A stretch of DNA of 64,000 nucleotides, taken from positions 4,755 through 68,754 of IMG/VR virus record IMGVR_UViG_2876118799_000002. The stretch is one strand, 5' to 3'. Within the stretch, counting starts at the first letter, position 1, and each line of letters starts with the position of its first letter. This stretch comes from a virus. Taxonomy: Duplodnaviria > Caudoviricetes. The translations under genes and the position numbers were made by a program. Below are positions 54,455-64,000 of this stretch, one piece after another. The notes beneath the pieces were generated by a model that saw only the letters and a list, made by a program, of their open reading frames with translations, searched no databases and had not been told where the DNA came from.

Positions 54455-57088
54455 ATGAATGACATTCTATTTGGCAACAATAATTCCAAAGTAATTACCA
54501 AGCTATCCAAACGCTATTTCAAGAAGAATAAGGTACGCAATCTGGCTGCACTGCTGGCAATTATCCTGACTGCTTTCCTGTTTACCTCTATCACTTCCCT
54601 GGCGTTCAATATGGCGTCCTCCATCCAACTCTCTCTGCAAATGCAGAAAGGCAGCAAGGCGGATGGCACTTTGGGGTATATGACGGAGAAACAGTACGAG
54701 CAGCTTGTAAACAGCGATTTTGTGGACCAGGCAGGACACCGGCGTATCATTGGCTATGCAAGCAACACTTCCAGCCATTCCATTGAAATCAATTATGAAG
54801 ATAGTGTGCAGCAGGAACTGACCTTCTGTGTGCCTACCCACGGAGCTGCACCGGAGAAAGCGAATGAGATCGCCACTACGGATTTGGCGCTGAAGGCGCT
54901 GGGTGTAGAACCTGAGATCGGCGCAGAGGTTCCGTTAGAATTTGAACTGCGGGGGAAAACTTATCATTACGATATGGTGCTTTCCGGCTGGTGGGAAGCA
55001 AGCAATGACTCTGTGAGCGTTGCGACTGTTTCAGAGCAGTTTATAAAAGAAAATCCCGATGTGGTTCAGAACACTTATGCGGTAGACCATGTAATGTCCG
55101 GCGTTACTTTTTCCGATGTCGTGCTGAAGAATAAAGCAAATGTTCAGCAGCAGTTGAATGAGTTCGTTTACTCCATTGGCGGCAATCCAGAGGATATGGG
55201 CGCAGACAATTTCATTCTCGCCTCCGAAAATCAAATGTCCCAGGGATTGACTTCATCAGAGTCCATCGTGCCTGCTGTTGTATTTATCCTGATGTTTGTC
55301 GTGTGCGGATACCTGCTGATCTACAATATCTTTGATATTTCCGTGATGCAGGATGTTCGTCAATACGGTCTGCTGCGGACGATTGGAACTTCCACACGGC
55401 AGATCAAGAGCATTGTGAACCGTCAGGCGGTCTGGCTCACGCTGATCGGACTGCCTATTGGTCTGATTGCCGGTTTCTTTGCCGGTTGGGTGCTGCTTCC
55501 TATCGTGACAGAGATCATTAACCTTGAATACTCTATGGTGGGTACATCCGTATCGACCTCGCCCCTGATCTTTGTTATTGCCGCTCTCTTTACAATTTTG
55601 ACCGTGCTTATCAGCACCCGGAAGCCTGCAAAAAAGGCGGCAAAGATTTCTCCTCTGGAGGCGATCCGCTACACCGAGCAGAACGCCTATAAAAAGAGCA
55701 GTGCCAAGCGTACCAATAGAGTAAAGCTGTCCCGCATGGCCTTTTCCAACCTGGGGCGCAATCGTCGGCGTTCAGCGTTTATCATTATTTCCCTGCTTCT
55801 GTGCATCGTCCTGTTTAACTCTATCATCATTGTGACGCAAAGCCTTGATGAAGAAAAGTGGGTAAACCGTGTTACCAGAACAGATTTTAATGTCTATAAC
55901 TCCGCCGCATTTAATGTAATGGAGGGCGTTCAGCACCATGAAGATACGCTCTCACAACAGGCAGTGGATCTGATTGCCGGACAGCCCGGAGTTGAGGATG
56001 AACGCTATCTTTACCGAAATACAAAGGACGATAGAAATGTGCTGGTTGACTATGGGTTTGAAGATTTAAGCGGTATAGAGCTATTCCATGAGGAAGAAGG
56101 CGTTGTAAATCAAAGCTATCAGGGATATAGCCTGTACACAAGTTCTGATACCGAAAGGCGCTATTTTGGTAATGTGATGGGAGCCTCCGAGAATTTCTGG
56201 GCGGATATGCGTATTTTTGAAGGCGAAAAAGATGCCGAAACCTTAACGCAGAAAATGGCTACCGGAGAATATGTCATTATTGGTTGCCCCATCGACAAAT
56301 TGACAGAGGAACCAAATAACACTCCGCTGACCGATCAGTTACAGGTCGGGGAGAGCATTTCCTTCTACAAGGATGGGGAACTGGTCAAAACCAGCACCAT
56401 CCTTGCAAAAGCGATTCTCGTGGGAACAGAAACAGAAACGCCCACAGGCACTACCGCTCAGGCACACATCGCCGGTGATGCTCCTTTTGTATATCTGCCG
56501 GACACTGTATTCAAGGAAATCTATGACGCTCCCACGCTTCTGACTTATGGATTCAATGTGGAGGAAGCCTTGCAGCCGCAGATGGAAGAATTCTTGAGCA
56601 GCTATGTGAGCGAAAATACTTCGGTTGCCTATACTTCCACCAAGCTGTTGAAAGAGCAACTTGATTCGGTCCGCAGCATGATTCTGGTTATCGGCGGTTT
56701 GATTGGCTGCATCATGGCCTTTGCGGGACTGATCAACTTTACCAACATGATTATTACCAACATCATCACCCGCCGCCATGAGTTCGCTACCATGCAAAGC
56801 ATCGGTATGACCGGCAAGCAGCTTCGCCGCCTGATGGTCTATGAGGGCATCTATTATGCCGCCGGCGCAGACATTATTGGCGGAGCAGCCGCAGCGGTCC
56901 TGGCAGTCACGGTGCTAAAGAGCGCATTAAATGGCCCCTCCATGTGGTTCTTTACCCTGAACATTACATTGGTTCCTGTTCTGGTCATTGGTGTGCTTTA
57001 TCTGCTGCTGGCTGCGGTCATTCCGCTGATTGTTCTCCACTTCTTTAACAAGGGAACTGTGGTGGAACGGCTGAGGACTTCGGAGTAA
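54455..57088 (+). CDS. FtsX/MacB-type ABC permease (paralog of 6359-8950)
   Basis: Shared segments QMQKGSKADG, QELTF..PTHG.AP.KANEIATTD, GDAP.., RR.EFA.M.S.GM. Confidence 0.9.
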   Translation: MNDILFGNNNSKVITKLSKRYFKKNKVRNLAALLAIILTAFLFTSITSLAFNMASSIQLSLQMQKGSKADGTLGYMTEKQYEQLVNSDFVDQAGHRRIIGYASNTSSHSIEINYEDSVQQELTFCVPTHGAAPEKANEIATTDLALKALGVEPEIGAEVPLEFELRGKTYHYDMVLSGWWEASNDSVSVATVSEQFIKENPDVVQNTYAVDHVMSGVTFSDVVLKNKANVQQQLNEFVYSIGGNPEDMGADNFILASENQMSQGLTSSESIVPAVVFILMFVVCGYLLIYNIFDISVMQDVRQYGLLRTIGTSTRQIKSIVNRQAVWLTLIGLPIGLIAGFFAGWVLLPIVTEIINLEYSMVGTSVSTSPLIFVIAALFTILTVLISTRKPAKKAAKISPLEAIRYTEQNAYKKSSAKRTNRVKLSRMAFSNLGRNRRRSAFIIISLLLCIVLFNSIIIVTQSLDEEKWVNRVTRTDFNVYNSAAFNVMEGVQHHEDTLSQQAVDLIAGQPGVEDERYLYRNTKDDRNVLVDYGFEDLSGIELFHEEEGVVNQSYQGYSLYTSSDTERRYFGNVMGASENFWADMRIFEGEKDAETLTQKMATGEYVIIGCPIDKLTEEPNNTPLTDQLQVGESISFYKDGELVKTSTILAKAILVGTETETPTGTTAQAHIAGDAPFVYLPDTVFKEIYDAPTLLTYGFNVEEALQPQMEEFLSSYVSENTSVAYTSTKLLKEQLDSVRSMILVIGGLIGCIMAFAGLINFTNMIITNIITRRHEFATMQSIGMTGKQLRRLMVYEGIYYAAGADIIGGAAAAVLAVTVLKSALNGPSMWFFTLNITLVPVLVIGVLYLLLAAVIPLIVLHFFNKGTVVERLRTSE

Positions 57089-57725
57089 CGGCAGAGATTG
57101 CTACAATAAATAATCATAAACCTATTGAAAGCCGGGAGGAGGCATTTCCTCTCGGCTTTCCTCAAAAAAATTGAAATCTCACAGATTGGTGAGATTTCAG
57201 CTTGTTATTTTGTCGAAATGGCGTATGCCCGTGACATTTCTGTGAGGATTGCCTGTTAAAATAAAAGAAAAGTGAAAAAGTTGCCGCACGATGGCAAAAG
57301 AAAAAAAGCCATCGTACAGCGACTATATTGTTATGCACTTTGCAACGGTGGCTTTGAAAAAATCAGAGCCGCCGTTTCCTTTCGTCTATCTAAAATGAAC
57401 GACGACCCTACACCCTGCAATCTGGTACGGCGGCACATAGGAGGATGCCGCCATGTCAATTTTCGTCATTCACAATAGCCATGAGTTACACCAGCTAAAA
57501 AAAGTCTTGCCCCTCCTCCGGGGGAGTATGACTATCTATCAGTATTATCGTTCCATCTAAATCAGCAGAATAGTAGGTATTTTTGTCGCGCCAATTTCCC
57601 ATTACGGGGAGTTGGCGTTTTTTGCTTTCGATTTTTCGGGAAAGCGTCCGAAGTATGTCGCTGCCGATCCCCGCCTCCTTTCGATTCACTCGTCAACCGC
57701 CCGTGAATCGAAATGGAGGTACATA

Positions 57726-58139
57726 ATGAAGAAAGTCAATCTTAGGGACTTATATCCCGATGTTTATAAAAACGATCATTTTGTAGAAGTAACAGAAGAT
57801 GTGCTGGAGACGATCCGTGCCGCTGAGCGTGCAGAAGCTGCTTATGACCGGAGGATGTATCGCTATAAAGCGCATTACTCTCTGGACTGTGATAACGGCA
57901 TTGAAAATGCGATCCTGATGAAGCCCCAGACGCCGGAAATGCTCCTGGAGGAAAAGCAGCTGCGGGAGCAGCTCTACGCCGCAGTGATGGCTCTGCCGGA
58001 GAAGCAGGCCAAGCGGATCTATGCTCGGTATTACCTGGGTATGCGTGTGAGCGAGATAGCAGTAGCGGAGGATGTAGACCCAAGCCGTGTCCGTGACAGC
58101 ATCCGGCGTGGTCTGAAGCAGCTGGCAAAGTATTTTTGA
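57726..58139 (+). CDS. Sigma-70 region 4 / ECF-like regulator of conjugative-element type
   Basis: KKVNLRDLYP...HYSLD...LPEKQAKRIYARYYLGM..SEIA..E; ggagg RBS before ATG 57726. Confidence 0.85.
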   Translation: MKKVNLRDLYPDVYKNDHFVEVTEDVLETIRAAERAEAAYDRRMYRYKAHYSLDCDNGIENAILMKPQTPEMLLEEKQLREQLYAAVMALPEKQAKRIYARYYLGMRVSEIAVAEDVDPSRVRDSIRRGLKQLAKYF

Positions 58140-58217
58140 AAAAGTTTCGTTTGGTGCGCTCGTTTTTTGCTCTTTTTGTCAGAGTTAATAAGAAGGACAA
58201 GTTTTCCCCCTTCAACA

Positions 58218-58605
58218 GCACTTTGACAATTTCATAGACAGCATAACAGGTACATAACCCGTGTACGAGCGAGTGTGGAACGCCGCGAAGATAGAGCAGT
58301 CAGGGAGGTGATGAACAAAGCTGCTTTGGAGCGATCTACGATTCCACAAAACGGATGGTGGCAGATTCGGCGCGAGGACTGCACGGGGGCTTAAAGATAC
58401 TTCCTCACGGCCTCCTAAAGACTTGGGGGGAACCCTGCGGCGCACGAGTAAAACGACGCTGCGGAGTTATGACAACCGCGCCAGCGGAGACCTGCTATGT
58501 TCCCAGCGTTAGGGGGCGTGGCAAATATGACGAGTAATCCGAACAGAATAACAGTAGCCGCACCAGGTTTTTATCCGAAGATTTTTTTCAGACTGGTGCG
58601 GCTGT
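58218..58605 (+). other. GC-rich non-coding region, possibly structured, ending in an 11-bp hairpin
   Basis: No convincing ORF; agccgcaccag (58556) pairs with ctggtgcggct (58593). Confidence 0.4.
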
Positions 58606-58634
58606 TTAAGTATTAAGATATTAAGGAGGCGAGA

Positions 58635-58988
58635 GTGATGTTTGAAAAATTCCATCGAGGTGACATATATTCGGCTGATTTAAGTCCTGGTATTGGCTCC
58701 GAACAAAGTGGCTCTCGTCCTGTACTCATTCTTCAAAACAATGTGGGAAATTGTTTCAGTCCTACGATTATTATTGCAGCAATTACCAGTGTAAGTAAAA
58801 AATGCAGAAAATTCCCCACGCATTACCACTTAAACGACAGATGCGGTTTGATGAAACCATCTGTTGTTATGCTGGAACAGATCAGAACAATCGACAAGTC
58901 GAGGTTAAAAAACTATATTGGTCATCTAAACAAGGATGACATGGAAAACATAAACAAGACGCTCTTGTGTAGTCTGGGGATTACATAA
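58635..58988 (+). CDS. mazF: PemK/MazF-family endoribonuclease toxin, no adjacent antitoxin
   Basis: RGDIYSADL.PG.GSEQ.G.RPVLILQN..GN..SPT.IIAAIT, LEQIRTIDK.RL. Confidence 0.9.
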   Translation: MMFEKFHRGDIYSADLSPGIGSEQSGSRPVLILQNNVGNCFSPTIIIAAITSVSKKCRKFPTHYHLNDRCGLMKPSVVMLEQIRTIDKSRLKNYIGHLNKDDMENINKTLLCSLGIT

Positions 58989-59067
58989 AAGTGCCGAAAG
59001 GCCGTACCATTTTCAGGCTGTGCAAGTAGAGTTATAATTTCGTTAGGAATTGCGGAGGTGATTCTGA

Positions 59068-59229
59068 ATGGAGAATATCCAGAATAAAAGCGCATTGATT
59101 CCTTCAGATGAAATCCGGTCAGAAGAACTTCTGGCGGAACAAAAATTTGAAGCGTTTATCACTTCGCTGGCACATATTATCGAGAAATATGGTATGAGAG
59201 TGCTGGGCGAGGTTGACGGAGCTGCGTGA
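59068..59229 (+). CDS. Small 53-aa protein upstream of the recombinase: MENIQNKSALIPSDEIRSEELLAEQKFEAFITSLAHIIEKYGMRVLGEVDGAA
   Basis: Translated by hand; perfect ggaggtga RBS; not in the ORF track. Confidence 0.65.
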   Translation: MENIQNKSALIPSDEIRSEELLAEQKFEAFITSLAHIIEKYGMRVLGEVDGAA

Positions 59230-59284
59230 GAATCGCAGCTTTACATAGGATATTTTCCAAAAGTAAATTTTGGAGGTATGAATT

Positions 59285-60982
59285 ATGAACCGATATGGAA
59301 AACGCTGTGTTTTGTATCCGAGGGTCAGCACAGAGATGCAAGTGGACGGATACAGCCTGGAAGGTCAAAAAAATATGCTGACACGATTTGCGGATCGTGA
59401 GGAAATGATCGTTGTTGATACTTATGAAGATGCCGGTAAATCCGGTAAATCCATTGAGGGACGACCTGCCTTTCAAAAAATGCTCAGAGATATTGAGGAT
59501 GGCTTGGACATTGACTATATTTTAGTGTATAAGCTGTCACGGTTTGGCCGTAATGCAGCAGATATACTTAACTCTTTGGAGTTGGTTCAATCTTATGGTG
59601 TAAATCTGATTTGCATAGAAGAAGGGATTGATTCCTCTCAGACAAGCGGAAAACTTTTGATTTCTGTACTATCTGCTGTGGCTGAGATTGAGCGTGAGAA
59701 TATTATCGAGCAGACGATGAACGGGCGGCGCGAAAAGGCACGGCAGGGTGGATGGAATGGTGGCTTTGCTCCCTACGGATATACACTGGAAGATAACAAG
59801 CTGATGATTGAAGAAACAGAGGCTGTGGCAATACGGAAGATTTTTGAATTATATACTTCATCGGAAATCGGTTTGGGTGGTATTGCGAATCAGTTGAACT
59901 TACAAGGTATACGGAAAATTCCGAGGCAGAATGGCACATTAGAGGATTGGACAGGACATTTTATTAAACTGATATTGGATAACCCGGTTTATTGCGGTAA
60001 AATTGCCTATGGACGGAGAACGAAGGAAAAAGTCAAAGGCACAAAAAACGATTACCAGATGAAAAGAAATGACGATTACATTCTGACAGAGGGACAGCAT
60101 AAAGGAATCGTTAGTGAGGAGGTATGGGAAAAGGCTCATGCCAAGCGTCTTAGAACCGGAGTAAAGCAACCGTCAAAAATTGGGCGGGATCGAGTTCATT
60201 TGTTATCAGGTCTGCTGAAATGCCCGGTTTGTGGAAGTCCCATGTATACGAATAAACACGCATGGACAAATAAAGATGGCACTTACAAAGAAATTTACTA
60301 TTATGTATGTAGTCGGAATAGGATGGTCCGGGGTAAGCATTGTGAATATAAGGCGATGCTGAAAAAGACCGATATTGAACCGATGGTCATTGAGGCAATT
60401 CGTGAGATCGTAAGGAATGAGGAATATGCCCAAGCCATTAAAAAACGGATTGGCGTTCAGATTGACACGAAAGCAGTGGATAAAGAACTGGAGGGCTATC
60501 AGGCAAAGCTGAAGGAAGTTGATCTGAATAAAACAAGATTGGAACGGGAAATTGACAGTCTCCCTGCTGATGCAAAATACCGGGAACGAAAGCTCCATGA
60601 TATGACCTTGCGGTTAGATTCCCTATATGATGTCATTGTTGAGCTGGAGGAAAAAATCGAAGATGCCAGACTTCGGCGAGATGCAATTAAGCAGCAGGCA
60701 ATTACTCTTGAGAATATTTACAAAATCATGGTGAATTTCGACTGCGTTTATAATATAATAAATGACGAAGAAAAGAGAAATGTGGTCACAGCCTTGATTA
60801 AGGAAATTGAAATTTACAGGAATGACGAGTCTGAATATCCGCTAAAGCGGATTGGTTTGAATTTTCCGGTGTTCAAGGATGGCGGGGAAGTTACGGAGCT
60901 TTTGTGGGACAAAGGGAATACCGTTGAGACGGTTGTTCTTTTGTCCCAACTGAAACAAAAGCCGGATGTATCTCACAGGTAA
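59285..60982 (+). CDS. Large serine recombinase (site-specific integrase)
   Basis: YPRVSTEMQ, YKLSRFGRN, ERENI, CPVC...C zinc ribbon, coiled coil; ggaggt RBS. Confidence 0.95.
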   Translation: MNRYGKRCVLYPRVSTEMQVDGYSLEGQKNMLTRFADREEMIVVDTYEDAGKSGKSIEGRPAFQKMLRDIEDGLDIDYILVYKLSRFGRNAADILNSLELVQSYGVNLICIEEGIDSSQTSGKLLISVLSAVAEIERENIIEQTMNGRREKARQGGWNGGFAPYGYTLEDNKLMIEETEAVAIRKIFELYTSSEIGLGGIANQLNLQGIRKIPRQNGTLEDWTGHFIKLILDNPVYCGKIAYGRRTKEKVKGTKNDYQMKRNDDYILTEGQHKGIVSEEVWEKAHAKRLRTGVKQPSKIGRDRVHLLSGLLKCPVCGSPMYTNKHAWTNKDGTYKEIYYYVCSRNRMVRGKHCEYKAMLKKTDIEPMVIEAIREIVRNEEYAQAIKKRIGVQIDTKAVDKELEGYQAKLKEVDLNKTRLEREIDSLPADAKYRERKLHDMTLRLDSLYDVIVELEEKIEDARLRRDAIKQQAITLENIYKIMVNFDCVYNIINDEEKRNVVTALIKEIEIYRNDESEYPLKRIGLNFPVFKDGGEVTELLWDKGNTVETVVLLSQLKQKPDVSHR

Positions 60983-61197
60983 AGAGAAAATGCGGAATTG
61001 AGGTTGGAAGGAATTTGCGCGTTGCAACGAGGAGAATGGACTGCTTGCAGGGCAATTCGACGACTGCCGCGACAGACTTGGAACTTGTTCCAAGTCCTAA
61101 TTTACCTAAAAATGAAGATAGCAGGCAACCGCAGTGTCCAGAAGATAAAGAGAGTGCAATTGTGGAGGCATTGAAGCATTTTAAGATGAATAGTTAA
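60923..61197 (+). pseudogene. Attachment-site junction and rearranged 3' remnant of an rlmD/rumA-like gene
   Basis: VETVVLLSQLKQKPD, ISQVKRKCGIEVG and NLPKNEDSRQPQCPEDKESAIVEALKHFKM match the RlmD C-terminus as I recall it for Clostridia. Confidence 0.65.
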
Positions 61198-61217
61198 TAA
61201 AGAGAGGTGCAGATGCT

Positions 61218-61907
61218 ATGCCAGGTATACTCGTGGTTGAAGATGATGAAAATTTAAATCGTGGAATTACATTTTCACTGAAAAAATCCGGATATGAGGT
61301 TTTTTCAGCAGAATCAGTGAAAAAAGCGAAAAGAATTGCAAGTGATCATAATGTGGATGTTACCATTTGTGATGTGAATCTTCCGGATGGGAATGGACTG
61401 GAATTTGTAAGGTGGATGAGATGCAATTATAATACATACATTATCTGTCTTACAGCACTAGATCAGGAGATGGATCAGGTCATGGGATATGAAGCAGGGG
61501 CAGATGATTATATTACAAAGCCGTTTAGTCTTTCGGTACTTCTTTTGAAAATAGAAGCACATTTCCGCCGCAGACAGGAGAAAACGGAAGCCGGAAAGAT
61601 GATTTCGGGAGATATCGTATTTATCGCAGGAGAAATGAAAGTCCTGATAAAGAGTCGTGAAATCAGTCTGACAAAAACGGAGTTGAAAATGCTGACTTTT
61701 TTTCTTCAGAATCCGAAACAGATTCTTTCAAAAACACAAATATTGGAAAATGTGTTTGATCTGGAAGGGGATTTTGTGGATGAAAATACAATCGCTGTCA
61801 ATATCAGAAGACTCCGTGAGAAAATCGAAGACAATCCGGCTGCACCGGTCTATATCAAGAATATCAGAGGTCTTGGGTATATATGGAATCAGGAGGTAAG
61901 GCAGTGA
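61218..61907 (+). CDS. OmpR-family response regulator
   Basis: ILVVEDD, ICDVNLP, GADDYITKPF, AVNIRRLREK. Confidence 0.95.
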   Translation: MPGILVVEDDENLNRGITFSLKKSGYEVFSAESVKKAKRIASDHNVDVTICDVNLPDGNGLEFVRWMRCNYNTYIICLTALDQEMDQVMGYEAGADDYITKPFSLSVLLLKIEAHFRRRQEKTEAGKMISGDIVFIAGEMKVLIKSREISLTKTELKMLTFFLQNPKQILSKTQILENVFDLEGDFVDENTIAVNIRRLREKIEDNPAAPVYIKNIRGLGYIWNQEVRQ

Positions 61908-63148
61908 CAAAGAGATATCGCAAGAAGATTACAGTAGTGTTCTCCTTGGTATTACCTGTCATATTATTGTTTGCAATATTAAATTGCTTTACCACGTATG
62001 TGTTTTATGAAGATTACAAATATAAAATGAATCTTATGACAGAGATTGCTGCAAAGGAAGAATTTTCCGGGCTGGATGCTGTTTCGGAATTGCTTAAGGA
62101 TAAGGATATTGAAACCAACGAACAGGGAAAGCAATTATTGGAGCAATATGGATACTGGGGAAATAAAGGGAATGCATTTTATTCGCAATTCCAGCATCAG
62201 GTTATGGTGATCGGTGCTGTAAGCACTGTGATATGCGTGTTTTTTTTGACTTTTTTACTTTATTGGAAGAAAAAAGAAGATGCGTGTCATCAGAAAATAT
62301 TAGACCAGTTGGAAGAAATTCTGATCAGATTCCGTGAAAATAAATTTGATGATTTACTGAAAACGGAAAATTACGCAGAACTGGAAAAATTGAATGACCA
62401 GCTTGAAGCAATCGGACATCATATTCAGTTGCTAAAGGAAGAAGCACGGACAGAAAAAGAGAGCACGAAAGAAATGGTTTCTGACATCTCACACCAGTTA
62501 AAGACACCGGTTGCAGCTTTGGATATATGTTTTAGTGTGCTGATGCAGAATGACTTAAGTGCCACAGAACAGGAGGAGTTTCGTATCCGTTGTCGGAGTG
62601 CTCTGGATGGACTGGAGACATTATTGCAGTCGCTTCTTGAAATATCCAAGATGGAAACTGGACTGATTCAGATGAATAAGAAAAAACTTCCACTTATAGA
62701 TACTGTCATATCTGCTGTGAATCGTACATATCCAAAAGCGGATGAGAAAGAAATTGAATTCGTTTTTGACTATGAAAAAGAGCTGGAAACATGCACGATT
62801 ATGCAGGATAAAAGGTGGCTTGGCGAAGCTGTGATCAACGTTCTGGATAATGCGGTCAAGTACAGTCCGGGTGGTTCAAAAATATTTATCCGGTTACAAA
62901 AAAGAAACGATCTTGTAAGAATGGAAATTGAGGATCAGGGAATTGGTATTCCGCAGAATGAGTATCACAAAATTTTTCAACGATTTTACAGAGGAAGTTC
63001 CAGGGAGGTCATGGAAAAGAGTGGTACAGGAATCGGACTTTTTCTATCGAGAGAAATTATCGAAAAGCACGCAGGTATGATTACGGTAACCTCCGGCAAA
63101 AAGAAAAAAGGAAGCACGTTTGTGATTCAATTACCATATGTTAGTTAA
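61904..63148 (+). CDS. Sensor histidine kinase
   Basis: Two TM, SHQLKTP, NVLDNAVKYS, DQGIGI, GTGIGL; GTG 61904 after ggaggt RBS. Confidence 0.9.
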   Translation: MTKRYRKKITVVFSLVLPVILLFAILNCFTTYVFYEDYKYKMNLMTEIAAKEEFSGLDAVSELLKDKDIETNEQGKQLLEQYGYWGNKGNAFYSQFQHQVMVIGAVSTVICVFFLTFLLYWKKKEDACHQKILDQLEEILIRFRENKFDDLLKTENYAELEKLNDQLEAIGHHIQLLKEEARTEKESTKEMVSDISHQLKTPVAALDICFSVLMQNDLSATEQEEFRIRCRSALDGLETLLQSLLEISKMETGLIQMNKKKLPLIDTVISAVNRTYPKADEKEIEFVFDYEKELETCTIMQDKRWLGEAVINVLDNAVKYSPGGSKIFIRLQKRNDLVRMEIEDQGIGIPQNEYHKIFQRFYRGSSREVMEKSGTGIGLFLSREIIEKHAGMITVTSGKKKKGSTFVIQLPYVS

Positions 63149-63166
63149 ATTTTAAATGAGCAGAAA

Positions 63167-63184
63167 TCTTACAATTCTGTAAGA
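63167..63184. promoter_or_regulatory. Inverted-repeat operator upstream of the ABC gene
   Basis: TCTTACA-attc-TGTAAGA perfect 7-4-7 inverted repeat. Confidence 0.6.
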
Positions 63185-63325
63185 CTTCTGCTCGTTTTTG
63201 AAAGTGAAATGAAAGATTATCCTGATACAATTTGGATGTAGGTTGAAAAATGACCAAATATATAAACAGGCAAAGAAAGCGTGTTGAAAAGGTACGTTTT
63301 ACAGAATTGAAAAGGAGGTAGCACA

Positions 63326-64000
63326 TTGAGTGTGATATTAGAAACCAAGCAGCTTTGTAAGTTTTATGGCGCAGGTGAGAATCAGGTCAAAGCGGTCAAT
63401 CAGGTGGACATTCAGATTGAGCAGGGAGAATTTGTCGCAATTGTTGGAAAGTCAGGTTCCGGTAAAAGTACATTACTTCATATGCTTGGAGGGCTGGACA
63501 CCCCGACAAAAGGCAGTGTTACTTTAGCAGGGAAAGATTTATACAGGATGAAGGAAGATGCCCTTGCTGTTTTCCGCAGAAGAAAAATCGGATTTGTTTT
63601 TCAGGCATTTAATCTGGTTTCATCTGTTAATGTCTGGGAAAATATTGTACTGCCACTGGGGCTGGATGGAAGAAAAGTGGATGAAGCGTATGTAAATGAT
63701 ATTATTGCAACTCTGGGGATTGAAAACCGGATTTATAATCTGCCAAATCAGTTATCCGGAGGACAGCAGCAGAGAGTAGCAATTGCAAGAGCACTGGTGA
63801 ATCGTCCGGAAATTATATTTGCAGATGAGCCGACAGGCAATCTTGATTCTAAGACCAGTGATGAGGTAATCGCCCTGCTTAAGATGACAGCAAAAAAATA
63901 TGGACAGACAATTGTAATGATTACCCATGATGACGAAATTGCACAGGTCGCTGACCGTATTCTGGTGATTGAGGACGGACAGGTGGTGGATTTCAGATGA
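63326..64000 (+). CDS. LolD/MacB-type ABC ATP-binding protein
   Basis: [26 protein letters not shown]; TTG start, TGA at 63998-64000. Confidence 0.95.
   Translation: MSVILETKQLCKFYGAGENQVKAVNQVDIQIEQGEFVAIVGKSGSGKSTLLHMLGGLDTPTKGSVTLAGKDLYRMKEDALAVFRRRKIGFVFQAFNLVSSVNVWENIVLPLGLDGRKVDEAYVNDIIATLGIENRIYNLPNQLSGGQQQRVAIARALVNRPEIIFADEPTGNLDSKTSDEVIALLKMTAKKYGQTIVMITHDDEIAQVADRILVIEDGQVVDFR

Noticed and set aside
57127-57160. Hairpin after the second permease as a definite terminator
   Set aside because: Good stem but no T-tract directly after it on the plus strand.
57453-57530. 25-codon ORF with an aggagg RBS (MSIFVIHNSHELHQLKKVLPLLRGV)
   Set aside because: Too short and featureless to support; could be a remnant or leader peptide.
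1-64000. rRNA, tRNA, CRISPR, prophage structural genes, conjugation machinery
   Set aside because: No supporting motifs seen on either strand; other short antisense ORFs in the track overlap well-supported genes and were ignored.

Overview
Low-GC Firmicute accessory DNA, most likely Lachnospiraceae/Clostridia (inferred from gene content). It reads as a mosaic genomic island with no rRNA, tRNA, CRISPR array or housekeeping genes. (1) 80-9659: a RiPP cluster with two radical SAM/SPASM enzymes, an S8 peptidase, a split ABC exporter, a secreted thioredoxin-like protein, a MacB/FtsX-type ABC pair and four tandem 45-aa Cys-rich precursor genes that the ORF track misses. (2) An intact IS66 (9673-12395) with an 8-bp target duplication. 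(3) A degenerate NBD/HisKA/wHTH trio. (4) A class II lanthipeptide cluster (lanA, lanM, lanT, two-component system, FEG-type ABC, lipoprotein). (5) An agr-like quorum-sensing locus, including an agrD gene absent from the track. (6) A VanR/VanZ/VanS-like module with an ABC-2 transporter. (7) A second radical SAM RiPP cluster with a six-Cys precursor. (8) A mobile-element region: candidate structured RNA plus PBECR4-like nuclease, Spo0A-C protein, DUF6870 plus three tandem serine recombinases, and a RES toxin. (9) A 5'-truncated ABC gene, a sigma-like gene, an orphan MazF and a serine recombinase reading into an rlmD-like attachment site, then another two-component/ABC module. The strongest new signals are the four-precursor dual-rSAM cluster, a five-copy ATTACA-N7-TCG-N6-TTACA box linking the agr locus to two RiPP clusters, and a promoter-structured RNA-terminator-nuclease unit. 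All family assignments come from motif recognition by eye; no database search was run.
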